Part shown: piece by piece, positions 1 through 9,762 of the stretch
Numbering within the stretch: position 1 is the first letter of the stretch
Layout: every line of letters begins with the position of its first letter
Assembly (NCBI RefSeq): GCF_006345805.1
Contig: NW_021825007.1
Coordinates: 1 to 16,939, forward strand
Reading direction: 5' to 3'
DNA: 16,939 bases
From: Octopus sinensis
Taxonomy: Eukaryota
Notes under the pieces: generated by a model
What the model saw: the letters and a program-made list of their open reading frames with translations, nothing else
The model's database searches: none
What the model was told of the DNA's origin: nothing
Program-made: the position numbers and the translations under genes

Positions 1-113
1 GCTTTTAGGTGTTTTCACTCAATAAACACTCACAACGCCCGGTCTGGGAATCGAAACCGCGATCCTATGACCGCGAGTCCGCTGCCCTAACCACTGGGCC
101 ATTGCGCCTCCAC
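1..113 (-). mobile_element. tRNA-derived SINE, 5' head (runs off the window edge)
   Basis: The minus strand reads GTGGAGGCGCAATGGCCCAGTGGTTAGGG...GGTTTCGATTCCCAGACCGGG, giving a Pol III A box (TGGCCCAGTGG) and B box (GGTTTCGATTCC) followed by a non-tRNA body. A related head is at 13819-14015. Confidence 0.85.
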
Positions 114-403
114 GTCTGACTATGAAGCTGTAACACACTTTGGATGACATGAAGAAAGCTTTCGAGACGCAGTAGACAGGGAAACATTTTGGTTCGTCCT
201 CTATAGACTAAGCGTGGGTATGGGGCGGATTACAGCTCACCAGCTCATTCACTGCTTCCACACGACTGAAACGAAGACGGCTAATGACGAAACGAGTGAT
301 AGGTTTGTTATATCCAGCGGATGTATCAAGCAGGATTTCGCGGTTTCACCACACCCTTTAGTTTTGTTCTTCCTCCAAGTAATAATAGATGCTTTAGAAA
401 TCT

Positions 404-618
404 GAAGGTTGGTAGCGTCGGTATATGCCGGACGAAATGCTTAGCGGTATTTCGTCTGTCTTTACGTTCTGAGTTCAAATTCCTCCAAGGTCGATTTTGC
501 CTTTCATCCTTTTGGAGTCGATATATGAAAAATGCCAGTTGCGTACTGGGGTAGATCTAATCGATTCGCCCTCGTCCCCCAAGGATTTCGGGCCTTGTAC
601 CCAGAGTGGAGAAGAAAA
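404..618 (+). mobile_element. tRNA-derived SINE with Nin/Deu-like central domain
   Basis: It has a B-box-like GAGTTCAAATTCC, then GCCTTTCATCCTTTTGGAGTCGAT (Nin/DeuSINE-like core) and the tail TTTCGGGCCTTGTACCCAGAGTGGAG. It aligns by eye with copies at 8162-8332 and 13638-13817. Confidence 0.85.
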
Positions 619-659
619 GTGCATACTAGGTAGTATGTTAACGTTGAAAAACGGCAATT

Positions 660-954
660 AATATATATATGTATATATATATACTTGGTATATGTGTTAC
701 ATCTACACATACATATATGTGTGTGCGTGTGCGTGGTACATAGGGTATGTATATATATATACATACATACACATACATATACATACATACATGCACATAC
801 ATACACATACATGCATACACACACATGCACATACATACATATATCCATACATACATTCATTAACATATATTCATACGTATATTCATACATATAATATATA
901 TATATAAAATATATATATATATATGTATGTATGTATATATATACATATATATAC

Positions 955-1039
<85 letters not shown>

Positions 1040-1163
1040 TTATATATATATATATATATATCGTGACGTATATTTGCCATCTCAATATGGCTACCCCTAA
1101 GGGTGGATGCTACTGTAGTTTTTAGCCTCACTTTGATATTTATCATTATATATTATATATATA

Positions 1164-1203
<40 letters not shown>

Positions 1204-1205
1204 GA

Positions 1206-1237
<32 letters not shown>

Positions 1238-1238
1238 T

Positions 1239-1283
<45 letters not shown>

Positions 1284-1326
1284 CAATATATATATATATA
1301 TATATAGATATATATATATATATATA
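660..1326. repeat. compound (TA)n/(CATA)n/(TG)n microsatellite block with a short non-repetitive island at about 1062-1146
   Basis: Directly visible. Confidence 0.95.
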
Positions 1327-1496
1327 AATGCCTATTTTCTATGTGTCAAGTTACATATATTAAAACAGTTACAATATATTAAACGGAGAATTATTCAATA
1401 CTTCTTTAGTATTTGTTTATCACACGTTTACAAGCAAGACGTTGGAAGTGATTTGAAGTCACTGTCAACCTTTTCCTTGTAAAAGCCCAATAAGCA

Positions 1497-1677
1497 TATA
1501 TGTATGTTTGTATGTATGTATGTGTATATATATATATTATATAATATATATATATATTATATATATATATATATATATATTATAAATACATGTATATACA
1601 AAACTATATGTATGCACACACACATACACACACCACACTAACACACACACACAGACACACAAATATAATATATATAC
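1497..1677. repeat. (TATG)n/(TA)n/(CA)n microsatellites
   Basis: Directly visible. Confidence 0.9.
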
Positions 1678-1802
1678 TCAAACTACTTTGCACGTCTTTT
1701 AGTACGTAAGCGACAGCAGATGTGTTGTCCTTATGAGATGTCTATTCTACCATCTGGTGTCGCTTGCATTGCTATAAACATACCTCATTATATTTTGCTT
1801 CA

Positions 1803-1846
1803 TGTGTGTATGCATGTCTCTCTCTCTCTCTCTCTCTGTATATATC

Positions 1847-1880
<34 letters not shown>

Positions 1881-2060
1881 TGTGTGTGTTTGCATGTATG
1901 TTTTTTCTTTGAATTTTATTCAAGTTCGCCTGAAGAGAATTCAAGCAGGTGTCATGTGTGTACGTAAGTATGTATGTATGTATGTATGTATGTATGTATG
2001 TATGTATGTATGTATGTATGTCTGCGTGTGTGTGCGTGTGTGTGTGTGTGTTTGTATATA
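1803..2060. repeat. (TC)n, (TG)n and (TATG)n microsatellites
   Basis: Directly visible. Confidence 0.9.
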
Positions 2061-2129
2061 GTTGAAAGTCTTAGACCCCGCGCATGCGGAGAACACCTTT
2101 TTTTTAACATTGGTTTCATACTAGAGTCG

Positions 2130-2250
2130 TTCTTAGCGTTCTGAGCGCTTTAACATTAACGTTCTGAGTTCAAATCTCCCCTGCGTAAAATTTGGCTATT
2201 ACCCTCCCTGATAGATGACGAGCCAGAAAATTCTGCGATCAAATCTTATC
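2130..2250 (+). mobile_element. highly degenerate SINE fragment related to the 404-618 family
   Basis: It shares ACGTTCTGAGTTCAAAT with the 404-618 copy; the remainder is diverged. Confidence 0.45.
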
Positions 2251-2259
2251 TTCCTCAGT

Positions 2260-2262
<3 letters not shown>

Positions 2263-2294
<32 letters not shown>

Positions 2295-2376
2295 CTTTCT
2301 CTCTCTCTAATATATATGTATGTATAATATATATATGTATATATATATATATTATATATATATATATATATATATT
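2263..2376. repeat. (TC)n and (TA)n microsatellite
   Basis: Directly visible. Confidence 0.9.
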
Positions 2377-2494
2377 AATTTCAGCAAAACAATTAAGATT
2401 CACATGAATTCAAATGAAATCAAATGAATATGGTACTTAACTTAGATGCACCAGAATTCTTTATGGTATTAACCAAAAAAATATGTGGGGTGAT

Positions 2495-2612
2495 TATAAC
2501 CAAGAAAAAAGTAACAAGAATAGATCAGTAATTTAGTACAATTGTTTCATATGTTCTTAGTATGAAACAATTGTACTAAATTACTGATCCTTCTTGTTAC
2601 TTTTTTCTTGGT

Positions 2613-2616
<4 letters not shown>
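2495..2616. repeat. near-perfect inverted repeat (57/56-bp arms, 9-nt loop)
   Basis: 2495-2551 is the reverse complement of 2561-2616 except for one TA-versus-G difference. The loop is TGTTCTTAG. Confidence 0.95.
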
Positions 2617-2663
<47 letters not shown>

Positions 2664-2668
<5 letters not shown>

Positions 2669-2866
2669 ATCCAAACATGAACAAAAAGAACATAACAACG
2701 CGAGGACGTGCAACAAGTATAATGTTATTGGACGCTCAGGAAAGGAAAGAAAGTAGGAGGATTTAACGTTTCGAGCGGAGCTCTTCGTCAGAAACATAGA
2801 AAACGGAAAGGTTCAAGGAAGGGACAGACGGAGAAAGAAAATCGCCAACGATACACACGCGGTCAC
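2664..2866 (-). mobile_element. Penelope-like element terminal-repeat (pLTR) fragment
   Basis: It is embedded in (TA)n and contains CTGACGAAGAGCTCCGCTCGAAACGTT on the minus strand, the hammerhead-type motif characteristic of Penelope-like element termini. Confidence 0.6.
2761..2795 (-). ncRNA. minimal type I hammerhead ribozyme-like motif
   Basis: The minus strand reads GTTT-CTGACGA-A-GAGC(TCC)GCTC-GAAA-CGTT-AAAT. This gives the CUGANGA and GAAA cores, a 4-bp stem II, a palindromic AACGTT in the stem III region and a weak 4-bp stem I. Confidence 0.6.
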
Positions 2867-2878
2867 ATATATATATAT

Positions 2879-3358
2879 GATGCACTCTCCCGTCGGTTTC
2901 GACGTATGAGTCTCCGACAACTTACTCGTTCTTTGTCAGTCGAATGTGACATTTAAGTCCCGCCAACGATTTGCAAAGAAAGCCACACAAGTATGAGGAT
3001 TAGAGGCGGTGCAGGTTGTGTATTTGCAGCCGCTTTTCTCCTTTGCCTTTCACCCCGAAACCATGCAACATGGGTTTTAATACCATTTTCAAACAGCAAT
3101 CTCCATTTTGCTCGTTCCAAGGTTGTTCGCCCAAAGGTGTTGTGAGCTATCTCCATCTCTAAGCGGTTACTCTTCAGCTTGTCCTTGTATTTGAGTCATG
3201 GTCGACCGATATACCTGTGCCCACTCTCAATTTAGTTGTACACAAGGACTTTGGGTATACTTTCGTCACTTATTCTGATGACATGGCCAGTCCAGTGCAA
3301 TTATGATTGTATGAGGAAGCTCTCCATTCCACCAATCTTACACTTGCTGAACAAGTCA
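2879..3358 (-). mobile_element. RTE-clade LINE 3' end (5'-truncated, pseudogenised)
   Basis: Manual translation gives LIQS*LHWTGHVIRISDESIPKVLVYN*IESGHRYIGRP*LKYKDKLK...ERAKWRLL. After a frameshift it continues CGFLCKSLAGLKCHIR, a terminal zinc-finger remnant. It has three in-frame stops, and the 3' UTR ends in (TA)n. Confidence 0.9.
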
Positions 3359-3360
3359 AC

Positions 3361-3406
<46 letters not shown>

Positions 3407-3520
3407 ATATAAATAGAAGATCTATATAGAAAGATGCCGTTACTTTATATACAAAGCGAGAATTCAAAAAAATTTCAAATGTAGAGAGAGCAAGCGAGAG
3501 AGAGAGAGAGAGAAAGAGAG
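3361..3520. repeat. (TA)/(TG)n and (GA)n microsatellites
   Basis: Directly visible. Confidence 0.85.
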
Positions 3521-3988
3521 CGGTGGGGGAGAGAGGTGAAATGATATAGTACCGTTTTAGACTTTGCTACGCTTTGGTATTTTATTGTATTTTTCCAATT
3601 CGTGTTTACATGTCTATATCAATTTCACCCACTTTCTTTAGCACGAAAGCTTTAACTCCCACTTCTAATCCGCTTCTTACTTTTCAGAATTTCTTTCCCT
3701 GTTTATCTCTATACACCATGATTCGTCATCACCTCCAGTACATCATTACCACAACTAACAATTGCTATTTCTTACTATATTTCAGTTGCACATTCAAACT
3801 GGTGAAGCTTTTCCCCGGTGAGGATCAAACCAAAATCTATTTTACTGTAGAATTATTCTACAACATGAGATCACATCACCAGCGACCATCCCAAAGCCGT
3901 TTATTTTCAGAAATGAGAATAAACAAAATTGTGTGAAATCTGCTTCCGAATAAAGTCTAACATCTTCCAGACATAATAATGTCATTTC

Positions 3989-3991
<3 letters not shown>

Positions 3992-4052
<61 letters not shown>
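3992..4052. repeat. pure (TA)n microsatellite
   Basis: Directly visible. Confidence 0.95.
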
Positions 4053-4058
<6 letters not shown>

Positions 4059-4601
4059 TCTGTTTTCAGTTCCCTGGTATAGTCATCAATCATTTCCTAC
4101 TGTTTACTAATGTGTTTTACTATTTCTTCTTTTTAACCCTTTGAAAGCGAAAAACGGTTATATACACGGAAAATTTTATTACCATTAACTGCAAAAAACT
4201 GTTTTACTCAAAAACTTTGAAAAAACACTTCTCCTTCTACTGAGAGAAGCGGAGACATCCCCACTGATTCTTTTGACAAAAGACAATTCTTCAGATTTTT
4301 AAAATTTTTTCATATATTTCACCGAAATATCGCTTTCCGGAGTTAGAATCACATACTTTTAATAGTGGATATGCAAACCGTACCTACTTTAAATACTGCC
4401 AAAGTATTGCAGATGCAAAAAAATATCAATTCTGACTTGTTTTCTTTGGCGGATAATTTACATAATTACGGAAATTGCGAAATTTAATTATGTAGTCAAA
4501 AGGTTGAAATGAGGATAGTTTATTGCTCAACGTAATGCAGTGTGTGAAAGTTCGAATCACGTTGAGTTTAGTTTTCTGTATTGCACCTTGTGTGTCAAGA
4601 A

Positions 4602-4875
4602 CAGAGGTTCTCAAAGTGAGTGGTTCTCCCTTGAGGGCGGTGGAAAGATCGGAGGGGAGCATTGAAGAAAAGTGGGCGATAATGGGTTGACCAAAAAAAG
4701 GCGATGGATGTAAAAAAACATAATGGGTTGATTAGATTAACTTATATTTGTGAAATACATTTGTTCTGAATTTGCTGCAGAAAGCAGTCTGTGTTTGTGG
4801 CGGTGAGTTAGGGGCGCTAGGAACGTGGCCCGGATACCAGAGAGGCGACAGCCCGAAAAGGTTTAAGAATCAAGT
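4602..4875. mobile_element. hAT/Charlie-like MITE (degenerate)
   Basis: The left end CAGAGGTTCTCAAAGTG matches the Charlie-type TIR CAGTGGTTCTCAA, and the right end AAAAGGTTTAAGAATCAAG is a decayed complement. No intact 8-bp TSD is visible. Confidence 0.55.
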
Positions 4876-5185
4876 ACTTTCACTGCAATATTTCTTCTCT
4901 CCATTATCTGGAGAGACAGCTTTTGCTGAACTACCATCTCAATTATACAGCTCATGGGCAATTTTTGAATTTAGCTTAAGTTTTTAAAAGCTGTGTGTTA
5001 TCTTTGGTGTACTAAGTACATAAATTGAAAGCTGAGCTGCAACTAGGTGGTGGGAAAAAGAAAAAGTCCTAATTTGCATAAATTATAATGCGGAGTACTA
5101 CAATAATGGGATGCAAGTTTTACCTTATGCATCATTATCTTAAATTTTTAAAAATGGCTTACACATCGAAAGGTAAGACTTTAAC

Positions 5186-5350
5186 CATTGTTTTTAATGA
5201 ATCCTTAGCTTCAAGATTTCAATGATGCGACTGTATATTTTCAGAATGACATTGCAGGGTAGCTACGAGATGTAGAATCTGGTCAATTTGAACTTAAAAC
5301 AGGAAGAATATTTGGTTCGGATATGGCTGCTTTCAATGCAAAAGGGTTAA
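5186..5350. mobile_element. piggyBac-like MITE, right-end portion
   Basis: It ends in ...CAATGCAAAAGGG-TTAA, i.e. a CCCT-type TIR plus the TTAA target. The body resembles a common cephalopod MITE as I recall it (not searched). Confidence 0.55.
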
Positions 5351-5394
5351 AATAGACAACTAGGCAGTCGGACAAGTAAACTGATACACACTTT

Positions 5395-5397
5395 CTT

Positions 5398-5468
<71 letters not shown>

Positions 5469-5476
5469 TAACATGA

Positions 5477-5534
<58 letters not shown>

Positions 5535-5571
5535 CTCATGTTAGTATATATATATATATATACATGTATAT
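5395..5571. repeat. (TC)n and (TA)n microsatellite containing an inverted 10-mer pair
   Basis: Directly visible. CTAACATGAG at 5468-5477 is the reverse complement of CTCATGTTAG at 5535-5544. Confidence 0.9.
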
Positions 5572-5695
5572 TAAAAAATGGTTCTGCGAATCATTCATGA
5601 TACAGTCAGAATATTTGAAGAATATTGATTACATAAGAATTAATTATATAAATTGCATATTAATTATATAGGAATATATTTTGAAAAACCGGATT

Positions 5696-5844
5696 GATAC
5701 AAATATTTTAGAAGGAAGTATTATGTTGTGTGAAGCGCCTTTCGCTTTTTACAGTTTTTCAAGCACACGTGTTATGAAGCCTGAAAAACTAAACGGCGAA
5801 AAAGCCGAGCACAATACGAAACTTCCTTCGAAAACAGTTGTATC
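5696..5844. repeat. old imperfect palindrome of about 150 bp
   Basis: 5696-5730 versus 5810-5844 gives 28 Watson-Crick and 2 G-U pairs out of 35. The inner arms TTTCGC...AGTTTTTCAAGC and GCCTGAAAAACT...GCGAAA also pair. Confidence 0.8.
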
Positions 5845-5845
5845 T

Positions 5846-5952
5846 GTGATGTAAGAAGCTTGCTTACCAACCACATGGATCCGCGTTCAGTCCCACTGCG
5901 TAATATCTGAATCCAACACCACGTGGTTCTGAAGCAAATTTCTTAACCGCAC
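5846..5952. mobile_element. two truncated tRNA-like SINE heads in convergent orientation
   Basis: The plus strand has GTAAGAAGCTTGCTTACCAACCACATGGATCCGCGTTCAGTCCC. The minus strand has GTGCGGTTAAGAAATTTGCTTCAGAACCACGTGGTGTTGGATTCAG. A head of the same family is at about 14775-14835. Confidence 0.6.
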
Positions 5953-6127
5953 TACCCACCCGGCAGCCGTAAAACAGAAATTCCCCTCGTTGCCATAGTT
6001 ACCGTCACCAACATCAACCCCGCCACTGCAGCTCCTGTCCCAACTCGAAACCACTATAACACCAGCCACATCCATCACGTTTATCACATACATCATAACC
6101 TCGACAACCACACAAGAATCAGAGCAT

Positions 6128-6323
6128 AAACCAATACATGAACCTCTAAGGGGTTACTTGACCAGCTAGAAACAGCAGTCAAATCTCCCTCAACTCACAC
6201 CCAATTTTCTTCAAAATGCCAAATTGGATAAAGCTATGGATTACCCGGTATGGCTGTTTGTCACGGCTGGAATGTCTTTGAGCATAGGTCTCCCCGATGA
6301 GGGCTGCCCTAAAAAATGACAAC
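6128..6323 (+). mobile_element. short non-tRNA retroelement, family X (copy 1)
   Basis: It shares GACCAGCTAGAAACAGCAGTCAAATCTCCCTCAACTCACACCC and GGCTGGAATGTCTTTGAGCATAGGTC with the copies at 7621-7885, 10115-10342 and 10455-10668. Confidence 0.75.
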
Positions 6324-6354
6324 TTGTATGATGCTGTTTAGAGGATACAAAAAG

Positions 6355-6520
6355 GTAGTGTTGGTCATGGTTGGAAAGCTTTCCTGCTTAGATCTCTTAG
6401 ATCAAAGCGGACCTGGAGGCTAATAACCCCAACAACGACAACAACTACTTCTACTACTACAACTACTACTGATGATGCTGCTGCTGCGGCTGCTGCTGCG
6501 GCTACTGCTGCTGCTACTGT
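6355..6520 (+). mobile_element. 3' tail fragment of family X running into a (CAA)n to (CTA)n to (CTG)n trinucleotide tract
   Basis: The sequence GGTCATGGTTGGAAAGCTTT...GGACCTGGAGGCTAA is followed by CAACAAC. Confidence 0.6.
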
Positions 6521-6651
6521 AGTGAACATCATATGAATAGTGTCTGTGTTTAATTGGCAAAAATGATGACCATCCCAAATTATAAAAATATCCGTTTCCA
6601 AACACGATTTCATATCAGGAATCTTGCAAAACAAACACATAAACGTATACA

Positions 6652-6668
6652 AACACACATACACGCAC

Positions 6669-6710
<42 letters not shown>

Positions 6711-6859
6711 ACTCACATATACATATAGATAGAAAGATAGATATAGATATATCTATATACATATATAAATACATATATATATACACATATATATACATAT
6801 ATATATATATGTATACATATATATACCTATATATATACACACACACACACATGTATACA

Positions 6860-6914
<55 letters not shown>

Positions 6915-6949
6915 GTATATTTATACATATATAATGTATATGTTTATAC

Positions 6950-7048
<99 letters not shown>
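6652..7048. repeat. compound (CA)n/(TA)n/(GA)n/(GATA)n microsatellite
   Basis: Directly visible. Confidence 0.95.
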
Positions 7049-7620
7049 CACTCACACATACATCGTCCCATCAATCCATATATACATACATACTCCTGAA
7101 TGATATCAATTAAACGACAAACGAAACAAAAGAGCACTCAGTACATTATGTAGAGTATATATTTGTAGGGCGGTGGTGCTGATGGGGGTGGCAGGCGATG
7201 AGTTGTACTGCCATACACTGATTTGCATAGGTAAGAATTCAAGCACCTAGGATTTAAACTTTAAATGCTGGACGGTATAATTCCCTTACACCCCCCCCGC
7301 ACACACACACACGTGCGTGGGTGGGTGTTTACGTGTGTGTGTGTGAAAAAGAGCGACAGAGTTCTTAGCAGCTGCGTGACTATATTTAACACCGGTCTTA
7401 AATCCGGTGTTCTTGTTTAGGTTGTACCCATTTATGACATGACCCTAACTGAGCAGTTCAACAAATAAGGATGGATATAAATAGTGCCAGATTAAAAGGT
7501 GTACTAAAATTGATGTCACCGACTGAAAACTATTGCCGGCCATGCTTCAGCACGGCCACAGTCCGAGGACTGTAAGCAGTAAAATGAAAAATAAATATTA
7601 GACGGGATGATGAATTTAGT

Positions 7621-7644
7621 ATTGTTGTTGTTGTTGCTGTTGCT

Positions 7645-7682
<38 letters not shown>

Positions 7683-7885
7683 ACCTCAGGCCCGCCCTAA
7701 CCCGACAGATCAATGGTTGAAGACATTCCACGACCACCGCATCGGTTTTTGTATGCAGGGCTATAATCATCCAATATGTCCCTTTCTCCTCTTCACAAAA
7801 TGATTAAGGGGGTGTGTGATTTGAAGAAGTGATTCGGCTGCTATTTCTAGCAAATCAAATGATTACGTCCCCCTCGTTGGCTTGC
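7621..7885 (-). mobile_element. family X (copy 2) with long (AAC)n tail
   Basis: The minus strand reads AGCCAACGAGGGGG...TGCTAGAAATAGCAGCC...CAAATCACACACCCC...GGAATGTCTTC...CCTGAGGTTAAACAACAAC. The (TTG)n tract spans 7621-7680. Confidence 0.75.
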
Positions 7886-7949
7886 TCTCGTGCTAATATT
7901 TCGAATTGATGGTGTTTGATGTGTTTGGATGTTTGGGCATCAACTGATA

Positions 7950-8040
7950 ACACCGTGGCAATGTTTCGGTGGATTCGATCCCGGTGCAGCGGTCAATTGC
8001 GTTTCTTCTGTGACCTTTAAGCAGTTCTTCCAATATACTC
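7950..8040 (+). mobile_element. degenerate tRNA/CORE-like SINE remnant
   Basis: B box GGATTCGATCCC at about 7971-7982 is followed by a CORE-like GTGACCTTTAAGCAGTTCTT. Confidence 0.35.
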
Positions 8041-8161
8041 TTGTGATCAATAACTGAATCTTATATTCACTTTTGTAGACTTCTGATAATAAAGTTAGAT
8101 GTTATATTCCCTTCCTGTATTCTCGAGCCAGAAAGCCATATTCTTTATGCTGTTCTGTGTT

Positions 8162-8332
8162 CTAATAATCCTTTTTACTATAACCCACAAAGCCTAAAAT
8201 GTTCGGTTATGGGCTAGTCGAAAGGATAAAAAGCGAAGTGGTCCTCGGCAGAATTTGAACTCAGAACGTAAAGACGGACGAAATGCCGCTAAGCATTTTA
8301 TCTGGCGTGCTTACGATTCCGCCAGTTTGCCA
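8162..8332 (-). mobile_element. tRNA-derived Nin/Deu-like SINE with an internal deletion
   Basis: The minus strand reads GGCAAACTGGCGGAATCGTAAGCACGCCAGATAAAATGCTTAGCGGCATTTCGTCCGTCTTTACGTTCTGAGTTCAAATTC, with tail TATAGTAAAAAGGATTATTAG. It is homologous to 404-618. Confidence 0.85.
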
Positions 8333-8883
8333 ACTTGTATATTTTTGTATATAATCAATAATCAATCAATTCCTGATTGTCACAATTCCTTCCGCTCTTT
8401 TTGACAATAACCTGGGGCTTGTAGTCGCTCCTAGTTTCTAGTGATCAAGAACTTGCTGACATCTTGATTTTTGTGGTCTTTTGCCAAGCCTGTGTGACCA
8501 TATTCCATCTCATGTTCCTGTAATCAGTTAGCGTGTAATATATTCCCTGATGCATTAGTCCCTGGGTTGTCTAGTCCATCCTGTATTAGATCCTGGGCAT
8601 TGAAATTCCCTCTGAGTCTCTGTTATTTGTAGCTAGAAGAATGGTTGCAGACCGTCCTGTAATCTTTTGAATTCAGGAATCCCTCGTGTATTACGTAGAT
8701 TCCTGCATGTAATCCTTCTAAAGCGGCCTGGTACTGAATGTTTACAATCTTTCCCGTAAAATCTTAACCCACTCCTGATTTCAAGCTGAGTGTTTATTGT
8801 TTCTCGTGTATTTTTGTAATCATTAGTTATATGTTATTCTCTTTCTTGTCCTTGATTCATCAGTATAGGGATTTTTCTTGTTC

Positions 8884-8940
8884 TAGTGTCCAAGTGTTGT
8901 ATCATGTTGACATAGTGTCCAAGTGTTGTATCATGTTGAC
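8884..8940 (+). repeat. perfect 28-bp tandem duplication at the LINE 5' junction
   Basis: TAGTGTCCAAGTGTTGTATCATGTTGAC occurs at 8884-8911 and at 8913-8940. Confidence 0.95.
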
Positions 8941-9224
8941 GAGGCCCACAGCTCTTCAATATCCTCCCGAAGAACCAAAGAGACCTGCATGGGGTGGATG
9001 CAGATGTCTTTAAAATGAAACTGGATCTCTTCTTGTCAGGTATCCCAGATGAACCAACTTCACGGCAGGAGGTGTAGATGAGGGCAGCTGCATCGAACTC
9101 TCTCATGCACCAAATGGCAGTTGCCAAAAAGCATTCGTGAAGTAAAATCATGTAGCAACACCAAATGGCGGTGCCCCAGCATGGCCACAGCTCGTGAGCT
9201 GAAACTAGAATCAATCAATCAATC
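8940..9224 (+). mobile_element. CR1-group LINE 3' end (5'-truncated) with (AATC)n tail
   Basis: Translation gives RGPQLFNILPKNQRDLHGVDADVFKMKLDLFLSGIPDEPT...SNSLMHQ, matching the C-terminal FN.LP...FK..LD.FL motif of CR1/L2-group ORF2. The 3' UTR hairpin CAGCT-CGTG-AGCTG is followed by (AATC)4. Confidence 0.85.
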
Positions 9225-9644
9225 ATATCTGTCTTCCTTCCAACTAAATATTATATTGTTTGTTTTAGTTCCGCCTAAATTCTTCTGGTCCAGAGTTCTG
9301 TACTCTCGTCCTTCGGTGTTCTTATGGCCAAGTACCAATTGTTGTAATCCACCAAATACTCTTATGACCGAGTACTGTGAGATGTAATCCCTCCTGCATC
9401 CATGGGGCCAAGGGTTGTGTGTTGTGATTCCGCTAATCCGAATTTTATTCATACAGTCTAGATATAGTCTATTCTGTGCGTGTTTTTTTTTTTTTTGTTT
9501 TGTTTTTTATCGGTAGCTGAGTCACAAACCCTGCTATTTTCTTAGGGGCACCATCGGGATTTTAGTAGTAACGGGAGAAAGATGTTATATATGTATAATC
9601 TGAAAGCTATTTTGTTGCTGCAATTAGTTGATATAGTTAAATGA

Positions 9645-9658
9645 TATTATATAATATA

Positions 9659-9689
<31 letters not shown>

Positions 9690-9692
9690 ATA

Positions 9693-9752
<60 letters not shown>

Positions 9753-9762
9753 CGTGTGTGTG
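9645..9762. repeat. (TA)n microsatellite
   Basis: Directly visible. Confidence 0.95.

Larger units (their letters stand above)
8370..9460 (-). mobile_element. old LINE fragment with APE endonuclease remnant, interrupted at 8912-9224
   Basis: Translation near 8615-8540 gives RGNFNAQDLIQDGLDNPGTNASGNIL, matching APE GDFNA...TN.xG..L motifs. It has many stops and frameshifts. The reading frame DRY|VNMIQHLD rejoins across the insertion. Boundaries are approximate. Confidence 0.5.

Noticed and set aside
30-113. Genuine tRNA gene suggested by the A and B boxes
   Set aside because: I see no complete cloverleaf or acceptor stem, and the sequence continues into a SINE body with a related copy at 13819.
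135-300. Possible RTE C-terminal remnant (LDDMKK, DAVDRETF in different frames)
   Set aside because: The match is too short and degenerate to support without a profile search.
7169-7230. Plus-strand exon candidate ending ATAG|GTAAGA
   Set aside because: It has a poor polypyrimidine tract, no partner exons and an unrecognisable peptide.
7388-7411. Small hairpin AACACCGG...CCGGTGTT followed by T-rich sequence
   Set aside because: An 8-bp stem is expected by chance, and bacterial-type terminators are irrelevant in this context.
8884-8940. 28-bp direct repeat of CRISPR-like length
   Set aside because: There are only two copies with a 1-nt spacer, at a LINE junction in eukaryotic DNA.
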